NCBI GenBank assembly: GCA_964016885.1
Contig: OZ024742.1
Coordinates: forward strand, 144,956,001 to 145,020,000
Direction of reading: 5' to 3'
DNA: 64,000 nt
From: Eledone cirrhosa
Taxonomy: Eukaryota
Positions within the stretch are counted from its first letter, which is position 1. The number at the start of each line of letters is the position of its first letter. The notes under the pieces are model-generated. The model was not told the origin of the DNA and did no database searches. It saw only the letters and a program-made list of their open reading frames with translations. Shown here piece after piece: positions 1-12,991 of the stretch. A program made the translations under genes and the position numbers.

Positions 1-238
1 AAACCGAATGATACTGTAAATAAATTACAGAGGTTATTGAAATCAACAAAAATTAAATATAAACATGCACGCATCCGTATACGTACATACACATGCATAC
101 GCGAAAACACCCGCCATGTGCATGCAAATACAAGCACGTACACAAAAAACCCCGCATACACATACAGAACTCACGCAACGCCTGTACCCGTTCACATACG
201 AATGTATACGCCAAATACACATAAAAAATATATATAAA

Positions 239-274
<36 letters not shown>

Positions 275-914
275 ATGTATACATATAATTATATAAACGT
301 ATATACGTATTTATGTGTGTATATTTCTATACGTTTATATAATTATATGTATACACAGACACACACATATATAAATATATATATTTTATTTTTATATATA
401 TTTTTTATGTGTATACGTTCGTATGTTTGCGGGTTCAGGCGTTGCGTGAGTTCTGTATGTGTGTGCGTGGTTTTATTGTGTACGTGCTTGTATTTGCATA
501 CACATGGCGGGTGTTTTCGCGTATGCATGTGTATGTACGTATACAGATGCGTGCATGTTTATATTTAATTTTTGTTGATTTCAATTACCTCTGTAATTTA
601 TTTACATTATTCTTAACTCTGAAGCCGAGTATCATTCGGTTTCCTAAATAGAATATTAGTCTACGACTTCAGTTATACCATAAACGTGGTTTTGTCTTTG
701 CGTGTAATTGTTTTCACCGCTCCAATTTATGACGTATTATCTTCATTTTTTTCCGTTCTTTGCCAGGGAACGTTTCCACGAACCAAAGTATCGTCTTCCT
801 GTCTTCCATCGGTTGCAAGGTTTTACTTCTGCGTTCACAGATTGATATTTTTAGTTTCAGAAGATCCAGTTAAGGCTGAAAGCAGTGATTCTTTGCTTAA
901 ACTTTAATCTGTTA

Positions 915-920
<6 letters not shown>
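1..920 (+). mobile_element. Non-coding 3' part (pLTR) of a Penelope-like element with an inverted 5' copy (fold-back); same family as 18372-20396
   Basis: 1-~310 is an imperfect reverse complement of ~325-642. 640-920 is homologous to the reverse complement of ~18380-18830. It ends in a (TA)n tract. Confidence 0.75.
853..903 (+). ncRNA. Type I hammerhead ribozyme motif, variant core CAGAAGA
   Basis: Stem I AGTTT/AAACT, core CAGAAGA, weak stem II (CC-AGTTAA-GG), GAAA, stem III AGCA..TGCT, triplet CUU. Confidence 0.55.
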
Positions 921-997
<77 letters not shown>

Positions 998-1279
998 GTG
1001 TGTACACTCAATATTCTTAAAGAGCAGAGTGAGAATAGTATAAAAAAAACGAAAGGTCAGTGATGCATCTGGACTCAGTTTATTGCGTGTTACAATTGTT
1101 TCGCTGGCAGGTAGCTCGAGACATGATCACTGTATGGATCTGGCTGATTCTACGGCTGCAGGTTCCTTCGGACACATGCAATTCTTTCGGGGCAAATTTT
1201 CTCACTGGGGTGTTATCATCAAAAAACACCTTCAAAAAACATCTTCCACTCTTGTCATGCCATTGGGTGTTGTTTTTCT

Positions 1280-1321
<42 letters not shown>

Positions 1322-1346
1322 TATATTATATTATATTATATTAATG

Positions 1347-1535
1347 GGCGGTGGGTTGGCAGTATCGGTAGAGGGTTGGACGCCATGCTTTGACGCATAG
1401 AGTTACGGCTCTTGCCATTCTCAGTTCAAATCCCGCCGAGGTTAACTTTGCCTTTCATCCTTACGGGGTCGATAAAATAAAGTACCAGTAATGCACTGGG
1501 TAATTACTGGCCTTGTGCCAAAAGTAGAAATAATT
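1347..1535 (+). mobile_element. tRNA-derived SINE, family A (about 190 bp)
   Basis: A box TGGCAGTATCGG, B box GTTCAAATCC, conserved body GCCTTTCATCCTTACGGGGTCGATAAAAT; many near-identical copies in the window; flanked by (ATTAT)n. Confidence 0.9.
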
Positions 1536-1757
1536 ATATTATATTATATTATATTATATTATATTATATTATATTAAGTATAAATCGAAGTTGTAGCTGA
1601 AATGGGACAGATACCAATCGAATTATTTGAGACAGTCACAAAGCAATCAATGGTGAGAAATATTAATAAATTTCTCGACCAGAGTTATCATATGATGTTA
1701 TATAGGGTGACACCATGAACGGCTGAGCTCTTGCAGTTTCAACAGCAGTTCCATACT

Positions 1758-1846
<89 letters not shown>

Positions 1847-3204
1847 ACACGGGTGTCTATGATTGTGTATAGAAGATTATATTAATAAGAGGAATTCCAA
1901 CTTTATCTGATTTACTCGTTTTATTTACAATCCTTTAAAATGTATAATGGTATTATAATGAAATAGTATGATAGAATATTAAATTCTAAGTGTTAATTGA
2001 ACAAGTACTTTCATGCTTTCGCAATCTTCAGGTTCATAATATGTGGTGACAGTCAAGTTTGCAATTTTCAACTGTAATGAGATGGGTAAATTTTCTACCT
2101 TATATACAGTGAAAAGTGGCTCCAGAATGCTAAATCTTGCAAACTGTATTTCGACCAATATATATATATATAACGAAGGGTCCAGAAATAGCCATCGAAA
2201 CGGCTTGAGCTCTGCCGTCGGGGTCATACTTTATTCCTATATATACATATATATATATATATATTCTCAGCTTTGTTAAGTAGCAGACTATATATCTTCA
2301 GTTCCGTAACTCAACTACATATGCCAGACAAAAGTCAAATTTTTCAACATTTGATTCCTCCCACTATTAACATATTGCACATTTTACATGTTAAATCTGT
2401 TGTCTAGTTATTTGTATGTATTTTTTCTGTTTTAGTTGAAAGACCCCCATAAATTTTCCTGTCCATAGTTCGTTTTGTTATCGTTTTGCATGTTATCTTA
2501 GTAACAGAGCCATTCTCCAATCCATTGCAACTGGCACCACAATTGCAATACCCCCTTAATTCGCGAAATTGCATTCCAGCAATGTGGCTGATGAGATAAA
2601 ATGCAGCAAACTGCCTCACGTAACTGTGTGCATTTTCTACCTGATACTATATACATATGTGTATGTGTGAGTGTGGGGGGGGGGTATGCGTGAGTGGGGG
2701 GAGGGGTATGTGTGAGTGTGTATGTGGGGGGGGGGGGGATGTATACATATATAATGTCTGTGTTTGTGTATATTGGTATGAAATAATGCATCAACTTGAG
2801 CCCCTTTTGCACAAAGCTAACTTAACTATTTGTTAAACAAAAATCAATAATATAAGTACCAGACTAAAATAGTAACTGGTCGATATGATTAACTAAAACC
2901 CATGAAACTGGTTTCCTAGCATGGCTGCAAAAAACCCATGAAACTGGTTTCCTAGCATGGCTGCAAATCTAATGACTGAAACCAATAAAAGAATAAAAAC
3001 AAAAGAATTGTATAAAAAAATGTGTAAAAAGAATAACTTTAAAAAACTATGAAATACTTGAGTAGATATGTGGCCTCAGCCGGAATGATTCAATTGTATA
3101 TATATTAAAGGAACGATCGACTTTCGTCAAATCGGACCGAGGGAACAATGTTTCCGTTGGTCTTTCCAATTGATAATACTATCTATCGGTCGCAACTCCA
3201 GGTA

Positions 3205-3325
3205 GAAGGAGCAACGTGAAATAAAGTGTCTTGCTCAAGGACATAACGCATCACCTGGTCCAGGAATCGAACTCAAAACCTTACGATTGCGAATCCAATT
3301 CTCTAACCACTCAGCAACACGCCGC
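3205..3325 (-). mobile_element. tRNA-derived SINE, family B (head plus central domain)
   Basis: Minus strand GAGTGGTTAG...GTTCGATTCC followed by TGTCCTTGAGCAAGACACTTTATTTC; related copies near 21820-21970, 47420-47720 and 54600-54935. Confidence 0.7.
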
Positions 3326-3963
3326 CTATATATATAAATACAGCCCTATTTTCAAGTTATACACTTTCGAGTTTAAACTTGATGAAGCTTAAACTGTTTT
3401 AGAATGCCTAGTTTTATGTTAAACGCATAGACAAATTTTCAAGAAGTATTTAACTAATATATCATCATTCTATTGTACTCCTGAGTTATATATATATATA
3501 TATATATATATATAACTCAGGAGTACAATATATATATAACTCAGGAGTACAATAGAATGATATATATATGTATGTGTGCGTATGTATGTATATAATTCAG
3601 GAATACAATAGAGTGATGATATATTAGTTAAATACATCTTGAAAATGTGTCTATGCGTTTAACATAAACATCCGAAGTGTATGATAAAGATATATCTGTA
3701 TAAATACAGAGTGTGTAACCGACACTGTACTAGCGTGTATAAATATATACACATATCTAATATGGATTTTCGGGTGTTATTGAACCCTCATCAAAATACG
3801 TGTATATCATCCAAACAACCACAAGGAAACATGCATTTAGTGGGTATATATACTCATTGGCTCTTAGTATTATTTTGAAATGGACGTACTGATTTGCATA
3901 CAATTAGCGTTCGTGATGGTAATTAATTAGGATATATAGTAAGAAGTGCGTTAGCATCCGAAA

Positions 3964-4904
3964 TCTATATATATAAAACTGTGGTTGTCTGTCTGTCTAT
4001 CAATTTTTGGCACACATCTCCTCTTAGAATCTCTCACGGAATTGCACCGAAATTGCTATACTTGTACATTGAGCCCTAGCGAAGACATCGGGAAAAAAAA
4101 ATTTCAAATTGACCCACCCTATGTGACGAAATCGAATATAATGTATCGATTTTTGAGCGTAAGTTATCAGTTATTTCCCTTTGTTCTGTTTACATTGAGC
4201 GTCTTACGTAAAAAATTACGCTGGCTTTCTCAGCGTTTAAAATGACATTAACACATTCATCAGTTCGAACACTAAACTTCCGTTTTGCTTCATTTCCATT
4301 TAAAAGCATTTTAAAACAATATTTTTACTTGAAAACAAGTCTATTTAAAGACTACGTAAAACAAGCAAATATTTCGTCGTTAGGCGTGCAGAGAGACAGT
4401 CGTGCAGACAGACAGTCGTGCAGAGAGGTGATATACGCGTGCAGACAGATAGTCGTGCAGAGAGGTGATATAGGCGTGCAGACAGACAGTCGTGCAGAGA
4501 GGTGATATAGGCGTGCAGACAGACAGTCGTGCAGAGAGGTGATATAGGCGTGCAGACAGACAGTCGTGCAGAGAGGTGATATAGGCGTGCAGACAGACAT
4601 AACTGATAATTTGGTTACGCTAATGTTTTTCTCTGCGTTGCAGTGTTTACATTTTCGATCTTTGTTAATAAATAACCAGTGCAGTTTCTATCCCCAGCAT
4701 CCTCTTTTGTTATAACATTCGGGTTATCGTTATGTTTTCTTAACTTCATAAGGCATATTGTTGGTTGAGGGAATATTAATCAAAAACACCACATGCAAGT
4801 CTGCACAGTAGACACTACAGTTTTTAAGCCAAGAAAGAAACTTAACATTGTAACTTTAACACAGCTACTGAGCGACCCCGAGCAACGCCGGGCTTTACTG
4901 CTAG
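3964..4904 (+). mobile_element. Non-autonomous Helitron with an internal ~37-bp minisatellite (4380-4600)
   Basis: 5' A|TCTATATATATAAAA; 3' GC-rich hairpin CCCGAGCAACGCCGGG then CTAG|T; inserted between A and T with no TSD. Confidence 0.8.
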
Positions 4905-5141
4905 TATATGATAAAGTTGTATCTATATAAATACAAAGTGTTTTACTGAGACTTAATGAAAAATTAAACTATCAACTCATATCTAGCGTCATTCTAAAAG
5001 CCCATCGTATTGTCTTAATATATAGAAAGATATTTGTTCAGTTAGTAGTTTAATGACGCAAACAGTTGACACTATACGGTCTTGAAAACAACATGGTTTG
5101 TAAGCTATCTATTCAATATTTTCACTACTTCCAAATAATTG

Positions 5142-5235
5142 CTCCCTGAAGACAGAATAATTCTTCCAATATTGGTTATTTTAATGTATTCAAATAATTA
5201 ATGTTGTTTCTTAATTGCAGAAACCACGGTAGGAG
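5142..5235 (+). ncRNA. Degenerate type I hammerhead motif with a long (~65 nt) stem II region
   Basis: CTCC-CTGAAGA-[long AT-rich]-GAAA-CCACGG-TA-GGAG; stem I CTCC/GGAG, triplet GUA; stem II base poorly paired. Confidence 0.5.
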
Positions 5236-5423
5236 GTCGAATTATGAGTAAAACTAACTTATTTTAGATTACAACTTATATTTGACTGATATACTATCCC
5301 TCTCACAATAAATAGATTAGTCAAACCTTCTGCATCTCGAGTCACCTAAATCAGTAGATGCTAAAAACTATACACTCACTCTGTGTAGAATATCGGGACC
5401 ATAGCATACCTACAACTAACATA

Positions 5424-6989
5424 TCTTATATATAAAGTGAAGTTGGGCGTTGTTTGTTTGTTTGGTATCCCGAACTTGCAGGTTACACCGTTCATCCGAT
5501 TTTGATGAAACTTAACACATATATAAAACTTGACCCGTAGATTGGAATAGGCTACCTGAAATTTTCGAAAAATTGATAATCGGGCCCCCAGAAGCCAAAA
5601 ATCGATATTTTCAAAAATCATCCGAACTTGCAGGCTACACTGTTCATCCGATTTTCATCGAACTTGACATATATATAAAACTCGACCCGTAGATTGGAAT
5701 AGGCTACTTGAAACTTTCGAAAAATCGATAACCGGGCCCCCCAGAAGCCAAATATCGATATTTTCAAAAATCGTCCGATTTCGGTGAAACTCGACGTAAA
5801 TGTGTATTTTGATCCAGGGATGAACGTGGGCTACATTAAATTTTCAAAAAATCGATAATTGGATCGCCAGAGGCAAAATTCGATATTTACGAAATGTGTC
5901 CGATTGATTCCAATGAAATTTGACGTAGGTATGTATTTTGATGCGGGGATAAACGTGGGGTACTTGAAATTTTCAAAAAAATCGATAATCGGACACCCAG
6001 AGGCAAAATTCCGGCAACCTAAAAACGCCATTTTTCTTGCTTCCATTTGTCGCGACTCCCCCCATGCAAAAACGTTCAATCTATCAGGATTATCCACCGT
6101 AATTCTCTTTAAATTAACGCTCACCATATTCAGCAAACCTTTTATGCCGATTCTTCCATTTCTTATATAAGGATTATCAAGACTATACCGCCGCGCATCA
6201 TCCTGTATTGCGCCCATTCTTCTCAAGCGATCATCGAGCCTCAATGCGCTCTCTTCATTCCCGTGGTCCCACTACCGTAGCATAATGAGGTATCCGTCAA
6301 CCCCTGCCCTCTCCCTTCCCTGCACGCCGTCGACCCACTGCATCGTTGTGCATCACCATGCGCATCTCTGCCTTGTCAGCCGCAATTCATTCTCCGGCCC
6401 TTTCCATTTCCTGCTCTCCATTTTTTTTCACCTATAGCAAATTTATCGGGACAGGGTTTTAGCTACTCAAATCTACTTCAGAGGTCACGCATTCATGTAA
6501 AAAATCAATAGAACTGAAGCGGGGGTTCGACTTTGCGCAAAAAAACAAGGTAAAGTTGCACATGGGAAAACTTTTTACAGGAACGTCCGATTTTCTTGAA
6601 AACTGTCGCAAAAAACTCGCCATTATGCCGCCATTCAGATAAAGTCCCTTTTATTTCTTCTTCTGCACATGTGAGCGCGAAAATTGTAAAAAAAAAAACT
6701 GTGAAAAAATCGACTTTTTCACCCTGCTTTAAAAATCAACTGAAAATTCAATTTCAAGTGAATTTGACTTCCGTCAGTCGTGCAAGGAACAATTTCAACG
6801 ATACACTGTGAACCTACAATTGATCCATTATTTATGCTCAATTACACACCTGCGTCTACTAACCTCTGTTTTTTTTCCTTGAGGTTCGAAGGTTTTTGCA
6901 CCTGTGATGCGCGGGAAGTAACTTTCACACATTTTAACAACAGAGCAAAGGTCGACTTACACCCGGGAAACGCCGGGTACTTCTGCTAG
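5424..6989 (+). mobile_element. Non-autonomous Helitron with internal ~150-bp tandem repeats (5470-6020)
   Basis: 5' A|TCTTATATATAAAG; 3' hairpin CCCGGGAAACGCCGGG then CTAG. Confidence 0.75.
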
Positions 6990-7131
6990 CCTACTATATA
7001 AGAGTGCACGATGCATGATCTACCTGCACTAGCATGCCTGCATTCTACATGTAACTACGGGCTTAGCAACTCTCCACTACATTATTTTATACAATCGTCA
7101 CATATGAATGTCTCGGATTATAATATACACT

Positions 7132-7320
7132 GCAGTGGATTGGCAGTATCGGTAGAAGGTCGGACGCCATACTTTGACGCATAGAGTTACGTCCCTTGCT
7201 ATTCTGAGTTCAAATCCCACCGAGGTTAACTTTGCCTTTCATCCTTACAGGATCGATAAAATAAAGTACCAGTAATGCACTGGGTAATTGCTGACCTTGT
7301 GCCAAAAGTAGAAACAATTA
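7132..7320 (+). mobile_element. SINE family A
   Basis: Same sequence as 1347-1535; 16-bp TSD ATTATAATATACACTG. Confidence 0.9.
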
Positions 7321-7447
7321 TAATATACACTGTATAAACATATATTACTTTTATATATCTGTATATTCTGTTGTATATATATATTTTAAACTTTCTAAAA
7401 GTTTAGCTCCCACCCGCCTATCTTGTTCGAATTAACAAAAAAACAAC

Positions 7448-7630
7448 TAATTGTTTCTACTTTAGGCACAAGGCCAGCAATTACCCAGTGCATTACTGGT
7501 ACTTTATGTTATCGACCCCGTACGGATGAAAGGCAAAGTCAACCTCGGCGGGATTTGAACTCAGATCGTAAAGGGACGTAACTATGCTGGAAAGCATGGC
7601 GTCCGACCCTCCACCCATACTGCCAATCCA
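7448..7630 (-). mobile_element. SINE family A
   Basis: Reverse complement of family A. Confidence 0.9.
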
Positions 7631-7973
7631 ATAATGCCAAACTTTAGACAACTGCAAGGCGACCCTGATCGACCGTAAAATTTTGATGTTTTCGCCCGGA
7701 AAGTCATTTTTTTCAGATCAAAATGTTTTATCTCCTATATAATGTTCTTTTAAATTAAAAACTTGTTCGGACTTATTCTTAGTATTAGAAGGCGACAGGC
7801 AACTTGCAAAGCTGGGCAAACACCTATTTTTCGCTGTGGGAGCAGCAAAATTTTAACTTTCGGAAAATTACTAATTCCTAAGGGCCACCCTAATACACAT
7901 ATATCCGTATGTGGTTGAGAGCTGAGAGAAATGAGTACTCGGCATTGAGTAATATATATATATGTATACATAT

Positions 7974-8010
<37 letters not shown>

Positions 8011-8099
8011 TGTGTATATATACTCTCCTTACTATCCTTGCTTTCATATTTCTCCTTGCTCCCCTTTTCTCATTGTATTTGTATATAAACTAGTACATG

Positions 8100-8660
8100 G
8101 ATACAAGGAGAAACGGAGAGTAAGGAGAAAAAGAGAGCAAGGATAGCAATGAGAAAGGGAGAGCAAGGATAAAATGAGAGCTATGAGAAAATAAGAGCAA
8201 AGAGAGCAATGAGAAAAGGGGAGCAAGGAGAGTAATGAGAAAAGGAGAGCAATGAGAGCAAGGAGAAAAGGAGAGCAAGGAGAGTAATAAGAAAAGGAGA
8301 ACAAGGAGAGTAAGGAGAAAAGGAGAACAATGAGAGCAAGGAGAGCAATGAGAAAAGGAGAGCAAAAAGAGCAATGAGAAAAGGAGAGCAAGGAGAGCGA
8401 TGAGAAAAGGAGAGCAAGTAGAGCAATGAGAAAAGAAGAGCAAGGAGTGCGATGAGAGGGGGGGCAAGGAGAGCAGTGATAAAAGGAGAGTAAGGAGAGC
8501 AATGAGAGCAATGATAAAAGGAGAGCAAGGAGAGCAATGATAAAGGGAGAGCAAGGAGTGCAACGAGAACAGGAGAGCAATGAGAGCAGGGAGAGCAATG
8601 AGAAAAGGAGTACAAGGAGATCAAGGAGAGCCAGGAGAAAAGGAGAGCAAGGAGAGGTTA
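8100..8660. repeat. Purine-rich degenerate minisatellite (GAGAGCAAG/GAGCAATGA/GAAAAG units)
   Basis: Repeated 9-27 bp purine-rich units. Confidence 0.85.
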
Positions 8661-9030
8661 AGGCAAATATTGCGCAAGTTATGCTGAAAGCAGACAAAAG
8701 TGAAAGAGAGGAAGAAGAAAAAAATCAACTGAAGAGGTACATTCTGCGCCAAAATTACTTTTCTTTACAAACATCGAGTTTTCGTCTTTTGGTACAAAAT
8801 CTTTCTTCACGAGATTTTCTATCAGCACCGAAAAGACCCTTCAACATGGAAGGATGATCCTGGTTACAAAAGTGGACTTGAAATCTTAAGAAGACAGATG
8901 TTTTGAATGATGTTGCAGAAATAGGTGTCAAAATTATTCAAGATGAAACTGAGAAACAATTTGTTTTAAGGATCGTTACCGAAAACTGTAAAACATACCC
9001 AACTGCCACTAAATCCTCTCTTATGCAAAA
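8660..9030 (+). pseudogene. Decayed DNA transposase C-terminus (hATm-like); candidate terminus ending CACCCTA near 9897
   Basis: Translates with frameshifts as DPSTWKDDPGYKSGLEIL..VLNDVAEIGVKIIQD..EKQFVLRIV, resembling the V.ND.AERGVK motif; a similar CACCCTA end occurs near 7891. Confidence 0.5.
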
Positions 9031-9081
9031 ATAAGCATGGCGTCCAACCCTCTACCGATACTGCCAATTCACCTGCAAAAA

Positions 9082-9265
9082 TAATTGTTTCTACTTTAGG
9101 CACAAGGCCAGCAATTACCCAGTGCATTACTGGTACTTTATTTTATCGACCCCGTAAGGATGAAAGGCAAAGTCAACCTCGGCGGGATTTGAACTCAGAT
9201 CGTAAAGAGACGTAACTATGCTGGAAAGCATGGCGTCCGACCCTCTACCGATACTGCCAATCCAC
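9082..9265 (-). mobile_element. SINE family A (plus partial head at 9034-9074)
   Basis: Reverse complement of family A. Confidence 0.9.
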
Positions 9266-9639
9266 CTGCAAAAATAATGTTCAATATTCAGTGTTCAGTG
9301 TTCACATTATGTTTTTGATTCTATAATTATTGTTGTAAATAAAAATGCGTTTCTCTTATAGAAGTTGTGTGCTTTATTAAGAAAACTTAATATTTCTTAA
9401 GTTTTTCATGTTATTTCAGGAATTTTTCAAATTAACTATTTGCCTGGGTTGCCTGGATGTGTCCACATAAATTCCTCTAAGAAGAAAAAAGAAAATGGTC
9501 GAGACAGGGAACAGTATACCGCTTTAAACAGAATTAATCTTTGCGTATACTATGTTCCAATTTCAAGGCGCTTGAGGGTCGCCTAACAGTTGTCTGATTG
9601 AGCTAAAAATTTGCACATCTCCTGTTTTTGTTGGTTGAA

Positions 9640-9822
9640 ATAATTGTTTCTACTTTAGGCACAAGGCCAGCAATTATCCAGTGCATTACTGGTACTTTTA
9701 TTTTATCGACCCCGTAAGGATGAAAGGCAAAGTCAACCTCGGCGGGATTTGAACTCAGATCGTAAAGGGACGTAACTATGCTGGAAAGCATGTCCGACCC
9801 TCTACCGATACTGCCAATCCAC
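9640..9822 (-). mobile_element. SINE family A
   Basis: Reverse complement of family A. Confidence 0.9.
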
Positions 9823-9977
9823 TTGAAATAATATTAGTGGGTGGTAGCAGCAAACGTTTAACTTTCGGAAAATTACCTATTGCTAAGGACCACCCTAATA
9901 TATATATATAAATAAAATTAGAATTTGATTTCTCGTCCTAGCACAGCTGATACATAAATGTAAGTATGCACACGTAT

Positions 9978-10053
<76 letters not shown>

Positions 10054-10080
10054 GTACGTATGGGTTATATCGAACACTAA

Positions 10081-10268
10081 TAATTGTTTCTACTTTTGGC
10101 ACAAGGCCAGCAATTATCCCAGTGCATAACTGGTACATTATTTTATCGACCCCGTAAGGTTGAAAGGCAAAGTTAACTTGGCGGGATTTGAACTCAAACC
10201 GGAAAGGACCGTAACTCTTTGCTGCAAAGCGTTGTGTTCGATTCTCTACCGATACTGCTAATCCACCA
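10081..10268 (-). mobile_element. SINE family A, more diverged copy
   Basis: Reverse complement of family A with substitutions. Confidence 0.85.
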
Positions 10269-10299
10269 TATATCGAACGCTAATAATAATGCTCGATTC

Positions 10300-10369
<70 letters not shown>

Positions 10370-10371
10370 CA

Positions 10372-10399
<28 letters not shown>

Positions 10400-10403
<4 letters not shown>

Positions 10404-10715
10404 GGAGAAGAAGTTTACGGAATGGAAATGCGGGTATATAGAATTTATTAGGTAACAATTGTTTCTATAGTGTATGGGTTACCTATACCTCGCTATTTGA
10501 ATAATATACAAATATTATCATAAACCGAAGGTACACTGTAAGCTCACACACCATGAAGACATGGTGTGTGAGCTTACAGTGTACCTTCGGTTTATGATAA
10601 TATTTGTATATTATTCAAATAGCGAGGTATAGGTAACCCATACACTATAGAAACAATTGTTACCTAATAAATTCTATATACCCGCATTTCCATTCCGTAA
10701 ACTTCTTCTCCATAT
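10400..10715. repeat. Perfect ~316-bp palindrome (arms ~156 bp, loop AAGA at 10556-10559) in a (TA)n-flanked insert
   Basis: ATATGGAGAAGAAG...CACACCATG aaga CATGGTGTG...CTTCTTCTCCATAT. Confidence 0.9.
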
Positions 10716-10823
10716 TTTCTCCGGATTTTAAAACACACTTTATTATACGTTGAGCAATCTCTGACGTCGGTTGACTCCATCCAATGCAACTACTTAGTAA
10801 CATTGGAATACAAATTTACTAAT

Positions 10824-10899
<76 letters not shown>

Positions 10900-11083
10900 A
10901 TATTATATATATATATATTATATATATATATATTATATATATATATATTATATATATATATATATATTATATATATATATATTATATATATATATATATA
11001 TTATATATATATATATATTATATATATATATATATATATTAAGAGAGTAAAACAAAGAATCCTTTAATACATCAAAAGTTTTT

Positions 11084-11129
11084 ATTAGCCGACAATGTTT
11101 CGTCCTATTAAGGACTCATCAGGGCAATC
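11084..11129 (-). ncRNA. Canonical minimal type I hammerhead ribozyme
   Basis: Minus strand: ATTGCC-CTGATGA-GTCC-TTAATA-GGAC-GAAA-CATTG-TC-GGCTAAT; all core nucleotides intact, triplet GUC. Confidence 0.8.
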
Positions 11130-11644
11130 AAAACAACAAGAGGTAATTTCAGCAGATACAAGCCAGAAACTCTGAAGAATATGGAGTTTACATACACTAA
11201 TGTCTTACAAGGATATACGATAATAAAAATGAAGATAAAAATAATAAAATTATAATAACTAAGGATGTAGATAACATTAAGAACCATATTACAAATATAG
11301 TCCAAAGTCACCAACTTAAATCTAAACAAATTTGGTTATATAGAGCAGGAATTATATATAACACAGTATAATACATTATAATAATAATATATCTATACCA
11401 ACACTGAAATTCCAAATCAAAAATCAAAAGGTACAATATATACATGTATATATGTGCACACACACACACACACACATATTACAATACACATATCTATTTT
11501 CTATTACACAGAAATTAAGCCCTATTGGAAGTTTGAACATCAAAAATATAAAAAATAAGCATGGTAATAGTGAAAATAATGCTAATACATCTACCCAATA
11601 TACATGAGGCAATAATTACAAGAAACACGCTCCAGTATTCTAAT

Positions 11645-11696
<52 letters not shown>

Positions 11697-11726
11697 ATAT
11701 ATATATATTATATATATATATATATA

Positions 11727-11928
11727 ACGAAGGAAATGTGGTAAGGAACCAGGTGGACCATAACGCACCAAAGTACTCAATACTTAGGGTAGTAGAGTGG
11801 GTAATAGGAACAAGTAAGACCCCGACGGCTGAGCTCAAGCCGTTTCGACGGCTAATTCTGGACTGAATTCAGTCCAGAATTAGCCGTCGAAACGGCTTGA
11901 GCTCAGCCGTCGGGGTCTTACGTGTTCC

Positions 11929-11933
<5 letters not shown>
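11727..11933. mobile_element. (TA)n-flanked fold-back element carrying the 3' half of a hammerhead
   Basis: Palindrome 11802-11933 centred on GAATTC; contains GAAA-CGGCT-TGAGCTC-AGCCG-TC; relatives at 2172-2240 and ~22790-22905. Confidence 0.65.
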
Positions 11934-11974
<41 letters not shown>

Positions 11975-12015
11975 AATACTGTTGGCTTTTTGCTACAATG
12001 TTTTCTATACCTTTC

Positions 12016-12056
<41 letters not shown>

Positions 12057-12069
12057 TCATATTTTAATC

Positions 12070-12991
<922 letters not shown>

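Noticed and set aside
1347-1440. Possible tRNA genes (A/B boxes)
   Set aside because: These are SINE heads with conserved non-tRNA bodies and TSDs; there is no convincing cloverleaf.
3375-3414. Hammerhead-like AAAC-TTGATGA...GAA-TGCC-TA-GTTT
   Set aside because: Two core deviations and a weak stem II; it may be a decayed copy but is not callable.
4380-4600. Regular ~37-bp repeats resembling a CRISPR array
   Set aside because: Head-to-tail tandem units with no unique spacers, inside a Helitron in eukaryotic DNA, with no cas genes.
8044-8697. Leu/Ser-rich 217-aa ORF resembling a membrane protein
   Set aside because: It is a product of a purine/pyrimidine minisatellite that is open in several frames.
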